Below the pieces are notes generated by a model. It was not told the DNA's origin and did not search any database. It worked only from the letters and a program-made list of their open reading frames with translations. 64,000 nt of DNA, from assembly GCA_964016885.1 (NCBI GenBank), contig OZ024755.1, positions 12,834,001 through 12,898,000 of the forward strand, in the 5' to 3' direction. Each line of letters opens with the position of its first letter. Within the stretch, counting starts at the first letter, position 1. The DNA comes from Eledone cirrhosa. Lineage: Eukaryota. Shown one piece after another: positions 28,736-42,527 of the stretch. The position numbers and the translations under genes were made by a program.

Positions 28736-29291
28736 TGGGGTGTACAGACAGACATGTCAAACACAGAGTTCACTAACTTCTATAGCTCTCCTGTCGAAGG
28801 CCAAAATAAGTACAACTATCTATTTGGATGCATCAAATTGGTTGATCGGGACGATAAAATACATACAAATAACAGTGTGGATTGATTGTTTTCACTGTTC
28901 CCCTGGCTCTTATGAAGAAAAAGAAATCCACCAGAAAATATCTCCACAAAGAAACAATCTGTGTTGTGATTGGTCAAATGAAATTATTATATAAATAAAT
29001 CAACCCCATAGCTGTCTCGGTGAAAAGATGGCGACGGCCTACTTGTTGCTAGTCAGTATTTATATAAACAAATAACACTGTTACTTTGTTTATGAATACA
29101 AATATATATATATATAAACATAAATAAATATATAATATACGTGAATATAGATACAGATATATATATATATATATATGTAGATGTATGTATGTATGTATGT
29201 ATGTATGTATGTATGTATGTATGTATGTATGTATGTATGTATGTATGTATGTATGTATGTATGTATGTATGTATGTATGTATGTGTGTGTA

Positions 29292-29339
<48 letters not shown>

Positions 29340-29669
29340 CAGTGTGCACTGACAGATAATTTACTGTTACACCAAAAACGCGCCTGCATGTCTCTTGGTC
29401 TCTCTATCTATGTAGGCCAATGGTAAGGCTGACTCCCCAGCCCATATATTTATCTATATACATACATATATACTTGTATATACACACACATATATAAATA
29501 CATGTGTGCGTATCTATGTATGTGTGCATGTATGCATGCATGTATGCATGCATGTATGCATGCATGTATGCATGCATGTATGCACGCATACCTTATATAT
29601 ACATACATAGATGCAATTATTCTGGTTCTCACATACGTAACGACATTCAAAAATACGAATCTACTCAAA

Positions 29670-29711
<42 letters not shown>

Positions 29712-29875
29712 AAAGAGTTAAACAAGATTCAATGAGTATATCAAAGAATGGGTTTTACAGTAGATTGGAAGCACTCTACAGAAAATATTGTTGTACATCC
29801 GAAATATGTATAATAAAATGTAATTGATCAAAAGAACATCTATTTTATTAATATTTGTATTTTAATATATATATA

Positions 29876-29920
<45 letters not shown>

Positions 29921-30395
29921 ATTCGTTTTATCACAGAAATGACTTCTACAGGATCAGCACTGTTGCATTCGTAAGAATTCAATCATCAGTAGTCACTTCC
30001 CGATTTATATCGGTATCCTACACACTATGAGACGAAATTGTTTGGAAAACTGTCGCATGGACCATAGCTGTAATTCGTAGAGCCAACCATGTCACATACT
30101 GTGTCACACTCTTATACTGAATCTCCCTGATAACTACATTAAGAGTACATGTATCTGTAGAATACTCAGTCACTCTATAAAATGGCCAATACCTGTAATT
30201 CAAATGCCCGACCTCGTTAGGCACTGGGTTACGCTGAATGTCCTGGGGAATAACGTTAAGACTACACGCGTCGGTGAAATGCTCAGCCACTTGTACGTTA
30301 ATTTCATCAGCATGCTATGTTATTGATCGTAAAATTGAAACTCATCGTCTCAACCCACGGAGATACATTCTATCTTCATATCAAAACGAGACTTA

Positions 30396-30775
30396 TGAGG
30401 GTCGGCTGAAAGGTTCATGGGCTGAACAAGACACTGATGGCATGACCAAATGAGCTTCATATTTCAACATAGTGCCCGGAAAGAAACAATGTTATTATTA
30501 ATTGGCAGTATATGTGAGAGTGTCAGACACCATGTTGTGCATCATAGAGTTATGGCCCTTTACGATCTGAGTTCAAATCCCACCGAGGTTAACTTTGCTT
30601 TTCATCCTTACAGGGTCGATAAAATAAAGCACCAGTAATGCACTGGGGGTAATTGCTGGCCTTGTGCCAAAAGTAGAAACATTAATAAGAAAAATTGAAA
30701 TTAATGCATGCAAGATTTCACAGCTCTAGCATCCCTCCTTCATAGTCATTCTATGAACTTTTCAGCCGACCCTCG
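30396..30775. mobile_element. Same mariner MITE interrupted by a SINE family A insertion (~30500-30685)
   Basis: TA|TGAGGGTCGGCTGAAAGGTTCATGG ... TGAACTTTTCAGCCGACCCTCG|TA; internal sequence matches 42328-42527 on both sides of the SINE. A third, 3'-only copy lies at ~23010-23078. Confidence 0.8.
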
Positions 30776-30780
30776 TAAAA

Positions 30781-31020
30781 CTGGGTGTATTCTAAAAGCA
30801 CGCCCATAAGTCTGCCTCCCTACTCACCGCCATAGGCGCTGAGCTGACCAGCCGCAGGTGTGAGCCTTGCGAGCTGGAATGGCTCTTCCAGCGCATCTCC
30901 CTTACCATCCTCCGGGGAAACGCCTTCTCCATCCTGTCCGTCGGGGCTGTGGAGAGCGGCCAACACGTGGGATCCCATTTGCTCACCATACGGAGAGATG
31001 GGGAGGGCGGGAGAGATTGA
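30781..31020 (+). pseudogene. 3' fragment of a CRE-clade (RLE) non-LTR retrotransposon ORF
   Basis: Reads LGVF*KHAHKSASLLTAIGAELTSRRCEPCELEWLFQRISLTILRGNAFSILS, matching the CRE-type C-terminal motif L.QR[IL]S..[IL]QRGNA..IL. GC-rich island. Confidence 0.65.
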
Positions 31021-31779
31021 TCGATGAGATGAGAGTGGGAGTTCGACTCTTCCACGTTCGGACCATATCCTTGTGGTTGTGTTCACCAAGCCCTAGTGCA
31101 TGAGTTAAACGATGCAGGTAATACACGAGAATAAAGGTAGAAAGGTTTCTTATATTCTCACACAACCGTTAATCCGAGAATAACTATTATTCATCTTAAC
31201 TTGTCAACTATTCGTGTTCGGTAAAAAATTTATAATGAAAAGTCTGCCTTACATCGCTATTTATCTATAAACGCTGGTAATACTTCTTTTAATTAAAGAA
31301 ACATCAGAAATGAGTGATCCAGTGTTAACTAGAATCAATAGCAAATGTTAGTTTTAGTTTTAAATAACTTTCATTCGGTTGCAAACGGTAACAACTTTTC
31401 ATTTAACAGTTCTGCCCAGGAAGCAACAGATTAGTGAACTGGCAAAATCAATAGAGCGTCGCATTAAATATCTTGGTGTTTGTTCCGACTAAGTGAGTTC
31501 AAATCCGGCCGAGGTCAACTTTGCTTTCCATTCTTTTGGAGTTTAAATCGACAAAGGATTTATGTGTGTATGTGTATGCATATGTGTGTTTGTGTGTGTA
31601 TGTGTTTGTATGTACGTGTTTGCATGTGTGTATGTGCATGTGTAAGCACGTGCGTGTATCTATGTGTATGTAGATGTTTGTATATGTGTGTGTGTATGAG
31701 TCTATATATTGCATTAAGACATTTAAATTCTCAGTTGCCCAGTCTAGCTAACTGCTTCTATGTGTATGAATCCAGCTGT

Positions 31780-32580
31780 CTAGATGTAATTATACATGGT
31801 GCACATTGCTGCTGTAGATATATATACTAGATGTCTAAATGCAGATATATACTGCAGATTGCTGCTGTAAATATATACTGACTAGATATCTAGATGTAAA
31901 TATACAGCATGCAAACAGCTGCTGTAAATATTTACAGTCTAGATGTAGATATATACAGTGTAGATTGCGACTGTAAACATTTACAGTCCAGTCGTATAGA
32001 TGTAAATATATACAGTGTAGATTGCTACTGCAAATATGTATTGCCCAGATGTCTAGATGTAAATATACTGTATAGATTGCAGCTGTAAACATTTACAGTT
32101 AAGACGTATAGATGTAAATATACAGCGTGTACATTGCTGTTGTAAATATGTATTGTCCAGATGTCTAGATGTAAAAATACAGCATGCAGATTGCTGTTGA
32201 AAATATGTACTGTCCAGAGGTCTAGATGTAAACACAAAGCATGCACATTACTGCTGATGTAAATAAACAGTGTGCAGACTGATGCTCTTTTAAACATGTG
32301 CAGACAGCTATAATGACATACGGAGCAGACTGTGCAATCTGCTGCTGTAAACATGCATCGACCAGACGGCTAGGTGCTGTAAATATGCACTGTGCAGTCT
32401 GCTGTTGTAAACATGCATTCTGAGTGTTATTGTAAATATGCATTCTGCAGTCTGTTATTGTAAATATGCATTCTGCAGTCTGTTATTGTAAATATGCATT
32501 AACGTGATGTCTCGGTGCAGTAAATACACATTGAGCAGTCTGCAGTTCTGCTGCTCTAAATATAAACTGTACAGACGTGC
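31780..32580. repeat. Diverged minisatellite (TCTAGATGTAAATATACAG...GCTGCTGTAAATAT)
   Basis: Recurrent TGTAAAT/CTAGATG motifs. Confidence 0.8.
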
Positions 32581-32619
32581 TGCTGTCGCTATTCTTAGTA
32601 TTTCTGTCCTCGTTATTGT

Positions 32620-34560
32620 AGTTGTTATTTCATCCCAGATGCAGTCGCCTGTTATTGTTGATGTTGCTGTTTAAGCCTTGTTGCAGTTGGGATGTTTTTG
32701 TTGTTGCTGTTATTATTTCATCCTAGATGCAGTCGTGTGTTATTGTTGATGCTTAACCCTGGGTGCAGTTGGGATGTTTTTGTTGTTGCTGTTATTATTT
32801 CATCCCAGATGCAGTCGCGTGTTATTGCTGTTGTTATTGTTGATGTTGCTGTTGCTGTTTAACCCTGGGTGCACTCGGGATGTTTTTGTTGTTGTTTCAT
32901 CCCAGATGCAGTCGCGTGTTGTTATTGCTGTTGTTGCTGTTTAACCTTGGGTGCAGTTGGGATGGTTTTGTTGTTTCATCCCAGATGCAGTCGCGTGTTA
33001 TTGCTGTTGTTGTTGCTGTATAACCCTGGGTGCACTCGGGATGTTTTTGTTGTTTCATCCCAGATGCAGTCGTGTTATTGTTGTTGTTATTGTTGTTGTT
33101 GCTGTTTAACCCTGGGTGCACTCGGGATGCTTTTGTTGTTTCATCCCAGATGCAGTCGTGTTATTGTTGTTGTTGTTACTGTTTAACCCTAGGTGCACTC
33201 GGGATGTTTTTGTTGTTGATTGCTGTATCCAGATATAGTTGGTTTGTTGTTGTTGTTGTAAATGTTGATGTTGATGTTGTTTAACCCCGGATGCAGTCGG
33301 AGTGTTGTTGTTGTTGTCATTGATTATATTCAGATACAGTCGGGATGTTGTTGTTGTTGATTGCTGTATCCAGATATAGTTGGAGTGATGTTGCTGCTGC
33401 TGCTGCTGCTGCTGTTGTTGTCATCGTTAATGTTGCTGCTGTTGTTGATTATACCCGGATGAAAAGTAAAGTTACTGCTGTTGTTATTATTGTTGTTGTT
33501 TACACACGGATAGAGTCGGAGTGTGATGTTGTTGTTGTTGTGGTTGTTTATACAGTCGGAGTGGTGGTGTTGTTATTGTTGCTGTTGTTGTTATTGTTGT
33601 TTACACCCAGATAGAGTTGGAGTGTGATGTTGTTGTGGTGGTGGTTGTTTATACAGTCGGAGTGGTGGTGTTGTTATTGTTGTTGTTGTTGTTTACACCC
33701 GGATAGAGTCGGAGTGTGATGTTGTTGTTGTTGTGGTTGTTTATACAGTCGGAGTGGTGGTGTTTTTATTGTTGCTGTTGTTGTTTACACCCGGATAGAG
33801 TCGGAGTGTGATGTTGTTGTTGTGGTGGTGGTTGTTTATACAGTCGGAGTGGTGGTGTTTTTATTGTTGCTGTTGTTGTTGTTTACACCCGGATAGAGTC
33901 GGAGTGTGATGTTGTTGTTGTGGTGGTGGTTGTTTATACAGTCGGAGTGGTGGTGTTGTTATTGTTGTTGTTGTTTACACCCGGATAGAGTCGGAGTGTG
34001 ATGTTGTTGTTGTGGTGGTGGTTGTTTATACAGTCGGAGTGGTGGTGTTGTTATTGTTGTTGTTATTGTTTACACCCGGATAGAGTCGGAGTGTGATGTT
34101 GTTGTGGTGGTGGTGGTTGTTTATACAGTCGGAGTGGTGGTGTTTTTATTGTTGCTGTTGTTGTTATTGTTGTTTACACCCGGATAGAGTCGGAGTGTGA
34201 TGTTGTTGTGGTGGTGGTTGTTTATACAGTCGGAGTGGTGGTGTTTTTATTGTTGCTGTTGTTGTTATTGTTGTTTACACCCGGATAGAGTCGGAGTGTG
34301 ATGTTGTTGTGGTGGTGGTTGTTTATACAGTCGGAGTGGTGGTGTTGTTATTGTTGCTGTTGTTGTTATTGTTGTTTACACCCGGATAGAGTCGGAGTGA
34401 TGTTGTTTACAGCCGGATACAGTCGGAGTGGTGGTGGTGTTGCTGTTATTGTTGTTTACACCCGGATAGAGTCGGAGTGATGTTGTGGTGGTTGTTGTTG
34501 TTTACAGCCGGATACAGTCGGAATGATGTTATTGTTTATACCCAGGTGCAGTCGGAGTGA
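32620..34560. repeat. Compound tandem repeat: fixed anchors separated by variable (GTT/GGT)n
   Basis: Anchors TTTCATCCCAGATGCAGTCG / AACCCTGGGTGCACTCGGGATG (32620-33230), then TTTACACCCGGATAGAGTCGGAGTGTGATG / TTTATACAGTCGGAGTGG (33500-34560). Confidence 0.9.
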
Positions 34561-35299
34561 TGCTGCTGTTGTTGTTGTTGTAATCCATCATATCCTTCTA
34601 CCATCACCCACTCTCACAAACACCCACAACCTCCCTAGCGAGCACCTGTGCAATGTTGTTGGACCTCGTTCAGTTACGACGTCGAGTGCTTTGAATTTGT
34701 TCCACCAATGGAATAAACCTACACGTTAAATTTACATACAAGTGGATGAATATTCCACAGACACGTGCAGAGATCCAGCATGACACTGCATGTGTCAAGA
34801 CTGGTCCTTTGAATTATAGGCACAACTCATTCCCTCCCTCCACCCCCACCCCCCCCCCCCCCCCCATCTGAGTGGACTGGACTGGAACCATGTGGTGAAA
34901 TAAAGAACCTCACCCAGGAATCGAACTCGGAACCAATACGATTATCAGGCGAGGCCCATTCGCTAAGTGTCTTCGCTCATGTGTCCACAATCGTACTTCA
35001 TCAGGGTGTAACTATTTCTGGCAAAAGTTGTTTATTATGTTTTTCTTTATAAAGGCCGAAGAGCAGACATTAATTGCTGTAAGATAACAATTCCCAGAAC
35101 GGGGTGATGTGGGGTGGCTGGATGGCTGGATGGTAAGGTTTGGCCGGCGTTTAGGGTGATTGGCATGAAGGTAGTAAGAGCGGACTGGCGGGAAGCGGTG
35201 TAAGAGGTGTGGTGGGGTGAGGGTGGTGTAAGGTATGGGGGTGATAGATGGCGATATAAACTAAGAACAGACCAGCCTGTTGTTTTGTCATTGTTTATA

Positions 35300-36550
35300 T
35301 AATAATTGTTTCTACTTTTGAGCACAAGGCCAGCAATTTTGGGGGAAGGGAAAGTCGATTAAATCGACCCCAGAACATTACTGGTACTTTATTTTATCGA
35401 CCCCGTAAGGATGAAAAGCAAAGTTAACCTCGGCGGAATTTAAATTTAGAACGTAAATGGCCATAACTCTATGCTGCAAAGCATGGCTTCCGACCCTCTA
35501 CCGATACTGCCAATCCACCGCCTATAATAAACAATCTATTGTTTATAAAATTATTTCTATTATAGACACAAGGCCAGCAATATTGGGGAAGGGGAAAGTC
35601 GATTAAAATCAACCTCAGTGCGTGACTGGTACTTTATTTCATCGACCCCGTAAGGATGAAAGGAAAAGTTAACCTCGGCGGGAATTGAACTCAGATCATA
35701 AAGGGCCGTAACTCTATACTGTAAAGCATGGCATCCGACCCTCTACCGATACTGACAATCCTCTGCCCTTCATTTGTTTATATAATAATAATAGTTATAT
35801 TTGTTATACACGTACCCCCCCCCACTCACCCACCCGCCCCCCACACACACACACACACATCCTCACACACTATGTTTTCGTCCTGTACTGTCAATGTTTT
35901 TCTTGATGAAAACCCTTTGTCGTTAATAAAGGAATCATTATTATTCCAGTAAGGGCGGTGGATTGGCAACGTCGGTAGAGGGTCGGACGCCATGCTTTGA
36001 CGCATAGAGTTACGGCCCTTGCCATTCTGAGTTCAAATCCCGCCGAGGTTAACTTTGCCTTTCATCCTTACGGGGTCGATAAAATAAAGTACCAGTAATA
36101 CACTGGGTAAATGCTGGCCTTGTGCCAAAAGTAGAAACAATTATTATTATCATAAGAGGCGGGGAATTGGCAGTATCGGACACCCTGCTTCGTGGCATAG
36201 AGTTACGGCCCTTTACATTCTGAGTTCAAATCCCATCAAGGGTAGCTTTGTCTTTCATCCTTACGTAGTCGATAAAATAAAGTACCAGTAATGCACCGGG
36301 GGTTGATTTAATCGACTTTCCCTTCCCCCCAAATTGTTGGCCTTGTGCCTAAAGTAGAAACAATTATTATCATCATCATCATTATTGGTGTAATGTGTCC
36401 TTTGTTTTATATCTCTACTATCCTGACACCCGTCGGTAGAGCTTATCTTACAACAACCAACTGTTACATATTTCACTGAAGAATTTATATTTATTTGGAA
36501 ACCTCTTTCTGGTCTTCTTGTTATTGCTTTACATAGAACGCATAACCACA

Positions 36551-36587
<37 letters not shown>

Positions 36588-37432
36588 TGCAATAGTAGTA
36601 GTTGCAGTAGTTGCAGTAGTAGTAGTTGCAGTAGTTGCAGTAGTAGTAGTTGCAGTAGTAGTTGCAGTAGTAGTTGCAGTAGTAGTAGTAGTAGTTGCAG
36701 TAGTAGTAGTTGCAGTAGTAGTAGTTGCAGTAGTAGTAGTTGCAGTAGTAGTAGTTGCAGTAGTAGTAGTTGCAGTAGTAGTAGTTGCAGTAGTAGTAGT
36801 TGCAGTAGTAGTAGTTGCAGTAGCAGTAGTAGTAGTAGTTGCAGTAGTAGTAGTAGTTGCAGTAGTAGTAGTAGTTGCAGTAGTAGTAGTAGTAGTAGTA
36901 GTAGTAGTTGCAGTAGTAGTAGTTGCAGTAGTAGTAGTAGTTGCAGTATGTTTTCCACATACACACACTGAGTTCTATACTGCGTTCTGTTTGAATGTAA
37001 GAGTCGCTCTCCTCCAGAACAACGCAAGCCAGGATCCACCAGATGGTACAAGGCCAACAAATTTAGGGGGAAAGAGGAAAGTCGATTAGATCGACCCCAG
37101 TATGTTACTAGTACTTTATTTTCTCGACTCTGTAAGGATGACAGGCAAAGCCAACCTCGGCAGGATTTGAACTCAAACCGTAAAGGGAGGTGTATTTATG
37201 CTGTCCAACGCTCCATCGATACTGCCAATCCACCAATAATAATTGTTTCTACTTTTGGCACAAGGCCAGCAATTATCCCAGTGCATTACTGGTACTTTAT
37301 TTTATCGACCCCCGTAAGGATGAAAGACAAAGTTAACCTCGGCAGGATTTGAACTCAGAACGTAAAGAGCCATAACTCTATACTGCAAAACATGGTGTCT
37401 GACGCTCTACCGATACTGCCAATCCACCGCCT
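35300..37432. mobile_element. Six SINE family A copies: -(35300-35522), -(35555-35765), +(35953-36150), +(36157-36370), -(37045-37232), -(37238-37432)
   Basis: Each carries the B-box, central domain and tail motifs. Confidence 0.85.
36552..36947. repeat. (GTA)n interspersed with GTTGCA
   Basis: Direct reading. Confidence 0.95.
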
Positions 37433-38538
37433 TATTATAAGAAGTAGATGATGATGATGATGGTGATGATGATGGTGATGATGGTGATGATGGTGATGAA
37501 GATGAAGATGATGAGGAGGAGAGAGATGGAATAGAGAGATAGAGATAGATACGTGCGTACAAACAAATATATATACATACATACATACATACACACATAC
37601 ACACACAGATATATACAAAGAAATACAAACAAACACTCGAACAAAAGGTGTGGTGGTGTGGTGATGGGAAATAGTGGGGGGGGGGGAATACGAAGTGAGA
37701 TAAAGCAACTACAAGTCATAACAATAATAGTTGGATATAATTTGTCATTTTGTTAACACGGCCATTTTCAATTCTTATCTCGTCTGTTCTTGGCAAATAT
37801 TTTTTCCCGTGTGTCCATCTTCGTTCTTTATCTTAACAAGGTTACGTCGTGGCAGAAACAAAACATTTTATTTCTTTTTCTGTCTAGTAACACTTCAAAA
37901 CAGATACGAGGAACGTGTGCGTGTGTGTGTGTGTGTGTATGTGCGTGTGTATGTGTGTATGTGTGTGTGTGTGGATGTATGTGTACGTGTAAGTATATAT
38001 GTATGTTTGTATACATTCACGTTTGTGTGTATGCGTATATGTATGCTTGTATACATGTACGTGTGTGTATGTATGTGTACGTGTAAGTCTATATATATTG
38101 TATATGTATGAATGTATGTATGTATACATAAATATACACATATGAAATTTAAAATGTAGTCGCCACAGTGCGGATAACTAGAATAATCGGTAATAAATAT
38201 AAATAACAGTTAAATAAGACGGGTAAAGTAACCCTTGAAAAGGATAAACATGGAAACAGAGCAGACACCATGTGTCTCTGTTATGCTGGACAAAATATTG
38301 TTTTCACTTTTAGCTACTGGTTTAAATCTTCTAAAAGACTGGCTTAAATCTTCTAAAAAGACGGTAATTAGCAGCGTGGGGGCTCTTTGGCCTAATGGTT
38401 AAACACACTTGCCCGTCATATGAGATATACGTGGTTTGATTCCCCGCAAATGTCTTTGTCCAAAATGTTTCGTCTCCAATGGTACTTTACGCTATTATTT
38501 ATAGTTATATGATATTAGAAAGTAAGATGTTATAACAT

Positions 38539-38606
38539 CTCTGTCTGATGAACGATCTATACGTATATTAATATCGTCTAGTGTCCTGAAACCTTTGGTA
38601 ATAGAG
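38539..38606 (+). ncRNA. Type I hammerhead ribozyme-like motif (probably Penelope-derived)
   Basis: Stem I CTCTGT/ATAGAG, CTGATGA (38545-51), GAAA (38588-91), stem III ACC-TTT-GGT, cleavage triplet GTA. Stem II is imperfect. Confidence 0.6.
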
Positions 38607-38780
38607 TAGTCATATATTGTGTTGTTCACTTTCTAATTAAATAGCTCTGTTCTATACATAGAGCACTCTTTTTTCCTTTGCTTTTTCTTCGAAATTACCT
38701 AACACATAATTATATAATATACCAATTTCATACATTGTGTTAACTATTACACGTCTATATATATTAAATTTCTCAAATCA

Positions 38781-38827
<47 letters not shown>

Positions 38828-39085
38828 AATACACACATATAGAGGTAGGTAGAGATATATGGTTCAAACATTAATAGAATTTTTTAATTTTACCCACACA
38901 AATACACACCCACACACACACACAGATAGATAGAGATATATAGTTTAAAAATTAATAGAATTTTTTTTAATTTTACCCAATATAACGTCTCTGAATTCCT
39001 TCCATAATTCTATAATGATGTCTTTAGATAGGAAATTAGATATTTCATAACATTTTTAATAAGTATACCTTCTATCAACTAGTCT

Positions 39086-39148
<63 letters not shown>

Positions 39149-39319
39149 GAGTAGGTTTACTATTTAATATAATGTTTTCCCAGACTGTCTCTAATGAACT
39201 CGCTTCAATAACTGAAGAAGTAAGATTTTATTTTCATAATTTTCCTTTCTACCCAATGGAACGGTATAATATACCAAATATATTGATTTCAAATTCCAGT
39301 ATATATATATACATACACT

Positions 39320-39321
39320 TT

Positions 39322-39354
<33 letters not shown>

Positions 39355-39662
39355 TAATAGATAGATAGATAGATATATATATACATACACATATATATAT
39401 ATATATACATACACTTATATATATATAGAGAGAGAGAGAGATAATAGATAGATAGATATATATATATACATACACACACATATATATATATATATAATTA
39501 TATAGATATATATACATACATAGAGAGAGATAATAGATAGATAGATATATACATACATACACATATATATATAATTATATAGATATATATATACAGAGAG
39601 AGAGAGAGATACATATATACAGAGAGAGAGAGAGATACATATATAGATATATACATACACAC

Positions 39663-39731
<69 letters not shown>

Positions 39732-39754
39732 TATATATATATATACACATATAT

Positions 39755-39797
<43 letters not shown>

Positions 39798-39798
39798 T

Positions 39799-39841
<43 letters not shown>

Positions 39842-39873
39842 CACTTATATATATATATATATATATACATACA

Positions 39874-39909
<36 letters not shown>

Positions 39910-39913
39910 CACT

Positions 39914-39973
<60 letters not shown>

Positions 39974-39991
39974 TATATATATATATATACA

Positions 39992-40026
<35 letters not shown>

Positions 40027-40057
40027 TTATATATATATATATATATATATATACACT

Positions 40058-40088
<31 letters not shown>

Positions 40089-40117
40089 TTATATATATAT
40101 ATATATATATATACACT

Positions 40118-40153
<36 letters not shown>

Positions 40154-40166
40154 TATATATATATAT

Positions 40167-40251
<85 letters not shown>

Positions 40252-40252
40252 T

Positions 40253-40288
<36 letters not shown>

Positions 40289-40776
40289 TTATATATATAT
40301 ACACTTATATATATATATATACATACACTTATATATATATACACTTATATATATATATATACACTTATATATATATATATACACTTATATATATATATAT
40401 ACACTTATATATATATATATACATACACTTATATATATATATATACATACACTTATATATATATATATACATACACTTATATATATATATATACATACAC
40501 TTATATATATATATATACATACACTTATATATATATATATACATACACTTATATATATATATATACATACACTTATATATATATATACATACACTTATAT
40601 ATATATATACATACACTTATATATATATATACATACACTTATATATATATATACATACACTTATATATATATATACATACACTTATATATATATATACAT
40701 ACACTTATATATATATATACATACACTTATATATATATATACATACATATATATATATATATATACATACACTTAT
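39320..40776. repeat. Compound TA/GA microsatellite with higher-order ACACTTAT(AT)n units
   Basis: Direct reading. Confidence 0.95.
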
Positions 40777-41099
40777 AGAGAGAGAGGGGGTGGGGGGAAG
40801 AGAGAGGGTGGGGGGAAGAGAGAGGGTGGGGGAGAGCGAGAGGGGTGGGGGAGAAAGAGAAAGAGACAGACAGACAGATACGAAGTCAAGAATTTAATAT
40901 CTAATTTTCATTTTTAATTTTCACTCAGCATATCATTGAAACGATCAAAATGTTAAAATATAAGTAAAATGTTAAAGAAGGTACAGTTTATTTCTATATA
41001 ACAAAATATGTTTCATTTATTCCTACTTCAATAGTGCTACCCTTTCATATTCAGAGACAATATTTAGATGAAATGAATATCATTTCGAAATAAATATTA

Positions 41100-41421
41100 T
41101 CTATATATCTAAAAGAGAGAATGTCTGTCTGTCTGGCTCCCTAAAACTCGACAACCAAGAACCGATTATTTTCAAACTTTACACATGTAATGCTAATGGT
41201 CGTGTGAGTCTTTTGAGCTAAAAAGATTTCAAATTTTCAATACCCTATGGACCGCATTAGGCGGTTTAGCGATCTCTCTCTTTAATTCTTAGTCTTTCTT
41301 TTTAGATAGATACATAGCGCGCGCGCGTGTGCGCGCGCGCGTGTGCGCGCACGCGTGTGTGTCTCTGCGTGCGTGCGTGCGTGTGTCTCTGCGTGCGTGT
41401 GTCTCTGCGTGCGTGTGTCTC

Positions 41422-41477
<56 letters not shown>

Positions 41478-42231
41478 AAATATTTATTACTGCGTTCACA
41501 GATTGATTTTTTTTTTTTAGTTTCAGAATATACACCCACACACAGAGTGTCAATGTCGTAATGCAAACAGCCAGACATACAGACAGATATTATAAGGGTG
41601 CGACGTTATAGCTATCTAATGCGGTCCCTAGGGCATTGAAAATTTGAAATATGTTTTGCTCAAAACACTCTCACGACCATAAGTATTACATGTGTAAAGT
41701 TTGAAAAACATCGGTTGGGTGGTTCTCGAGTTTTAGGGAGTCAGACAGGCAGACATTCTCCGTTTTAGATATATAGATATAATTATATATTCGTGTACAG
41801 ATATTTTTGCATACACAATAAAAAAATATAAACAAACGTATTTATTTCACGAGGATCGATAAGGATAAATAAGGATAAATATATATCAAATATATAAGAA
41901 ACCTAGAGCAAATATTGTTCTCATTGCTGACGAGGCCGAAGGGGATATACACGATTGGGTGAAGAAGGACGAGACTGTGTTAGTAGTACGACCAACGGCC
42001 GCTCTCACACCAACAGCAGCAAAAACAACAACAACAAAGAGAGGGAACACAATTACATACTTTTGAAAAATCTTCATTGAAAATTATTTGCCTATTCACC
42101 CAAGGCGACTTCACTTTTTATTAGGACTTCTACATCAATTGGTGAACATACGACGAAACTGTTTCAGAAAGGATGGATAAACATGCCAATCTATGTTTAG
42201 AATCCCGAGCAACGCCGGGCCATTCTGCTAG
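41100..42231 (+). mobile_element. Non-autonomous Helitron
   Basis: A|TCTATATATCTAAAA 5' end; 3' GC hairpin CCCGAGCAACGCCGGG followed by CTAG|T; no TSD. The flanks rejoin into a ~17-bp TAAATATTATTTCGAAA tandem repeat. Confidence 0.8.
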
Positions 42232-42327
42232 TTTCTAACTAAATATCATTTCGAAATAAATATTATTTTTAACTAAATATTATTACGAAATAAATATTAT
42301 TTCGAACTAAATACTATTTTTAATGTA

Positions 42328-42527
42328 CAAGGGTCGGCTGATAAGTTCATAGGCCGACCAAGATACTATCATGGAATGATCAAATGAGGTTTATTTTCTC
42401 AACATAGTCCCTGAAGTAAAAACAATGCAGTTTGTAATAGGAAGAGTTGAAATTAATGCATGCAAGATGTTGCAGCTCTAGCATCACTCCTTCATAGTCA
42501 GCTTGTGAACTTTTCAACCCACCCTCG
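42328..42527. mobile_element. Mariner-type MITE (~200 bp)
   Basis: TA|CAAGGGTCGGCTGATAAGTTCATAGG ... GAACTTTTCAACCCACCCTCG|TA: terminal inverted repeats with TA duplication. Confidence 0.8.

Noticed and set aside
28965-29060. ATTGG plus AAGATGGCG (YY1/start-like) as a possible promoter or first exon
   Set aside because: Short motifs only; no convincing donor or ORF.
33500-34560. CRISPR-like alternation of constant and variable blocks
   Set aside because: Spacers are just (GTT/GGT)n, the context is eukaryotic and there are no cas genes.
38250-38368. ATG-initiated METEQTPCVSVMLDK... ending at CG|GTAATT
   Set aside because: Phase 2 does not fit the downstream exons, and part of it is a 23-bp tandem duplication.
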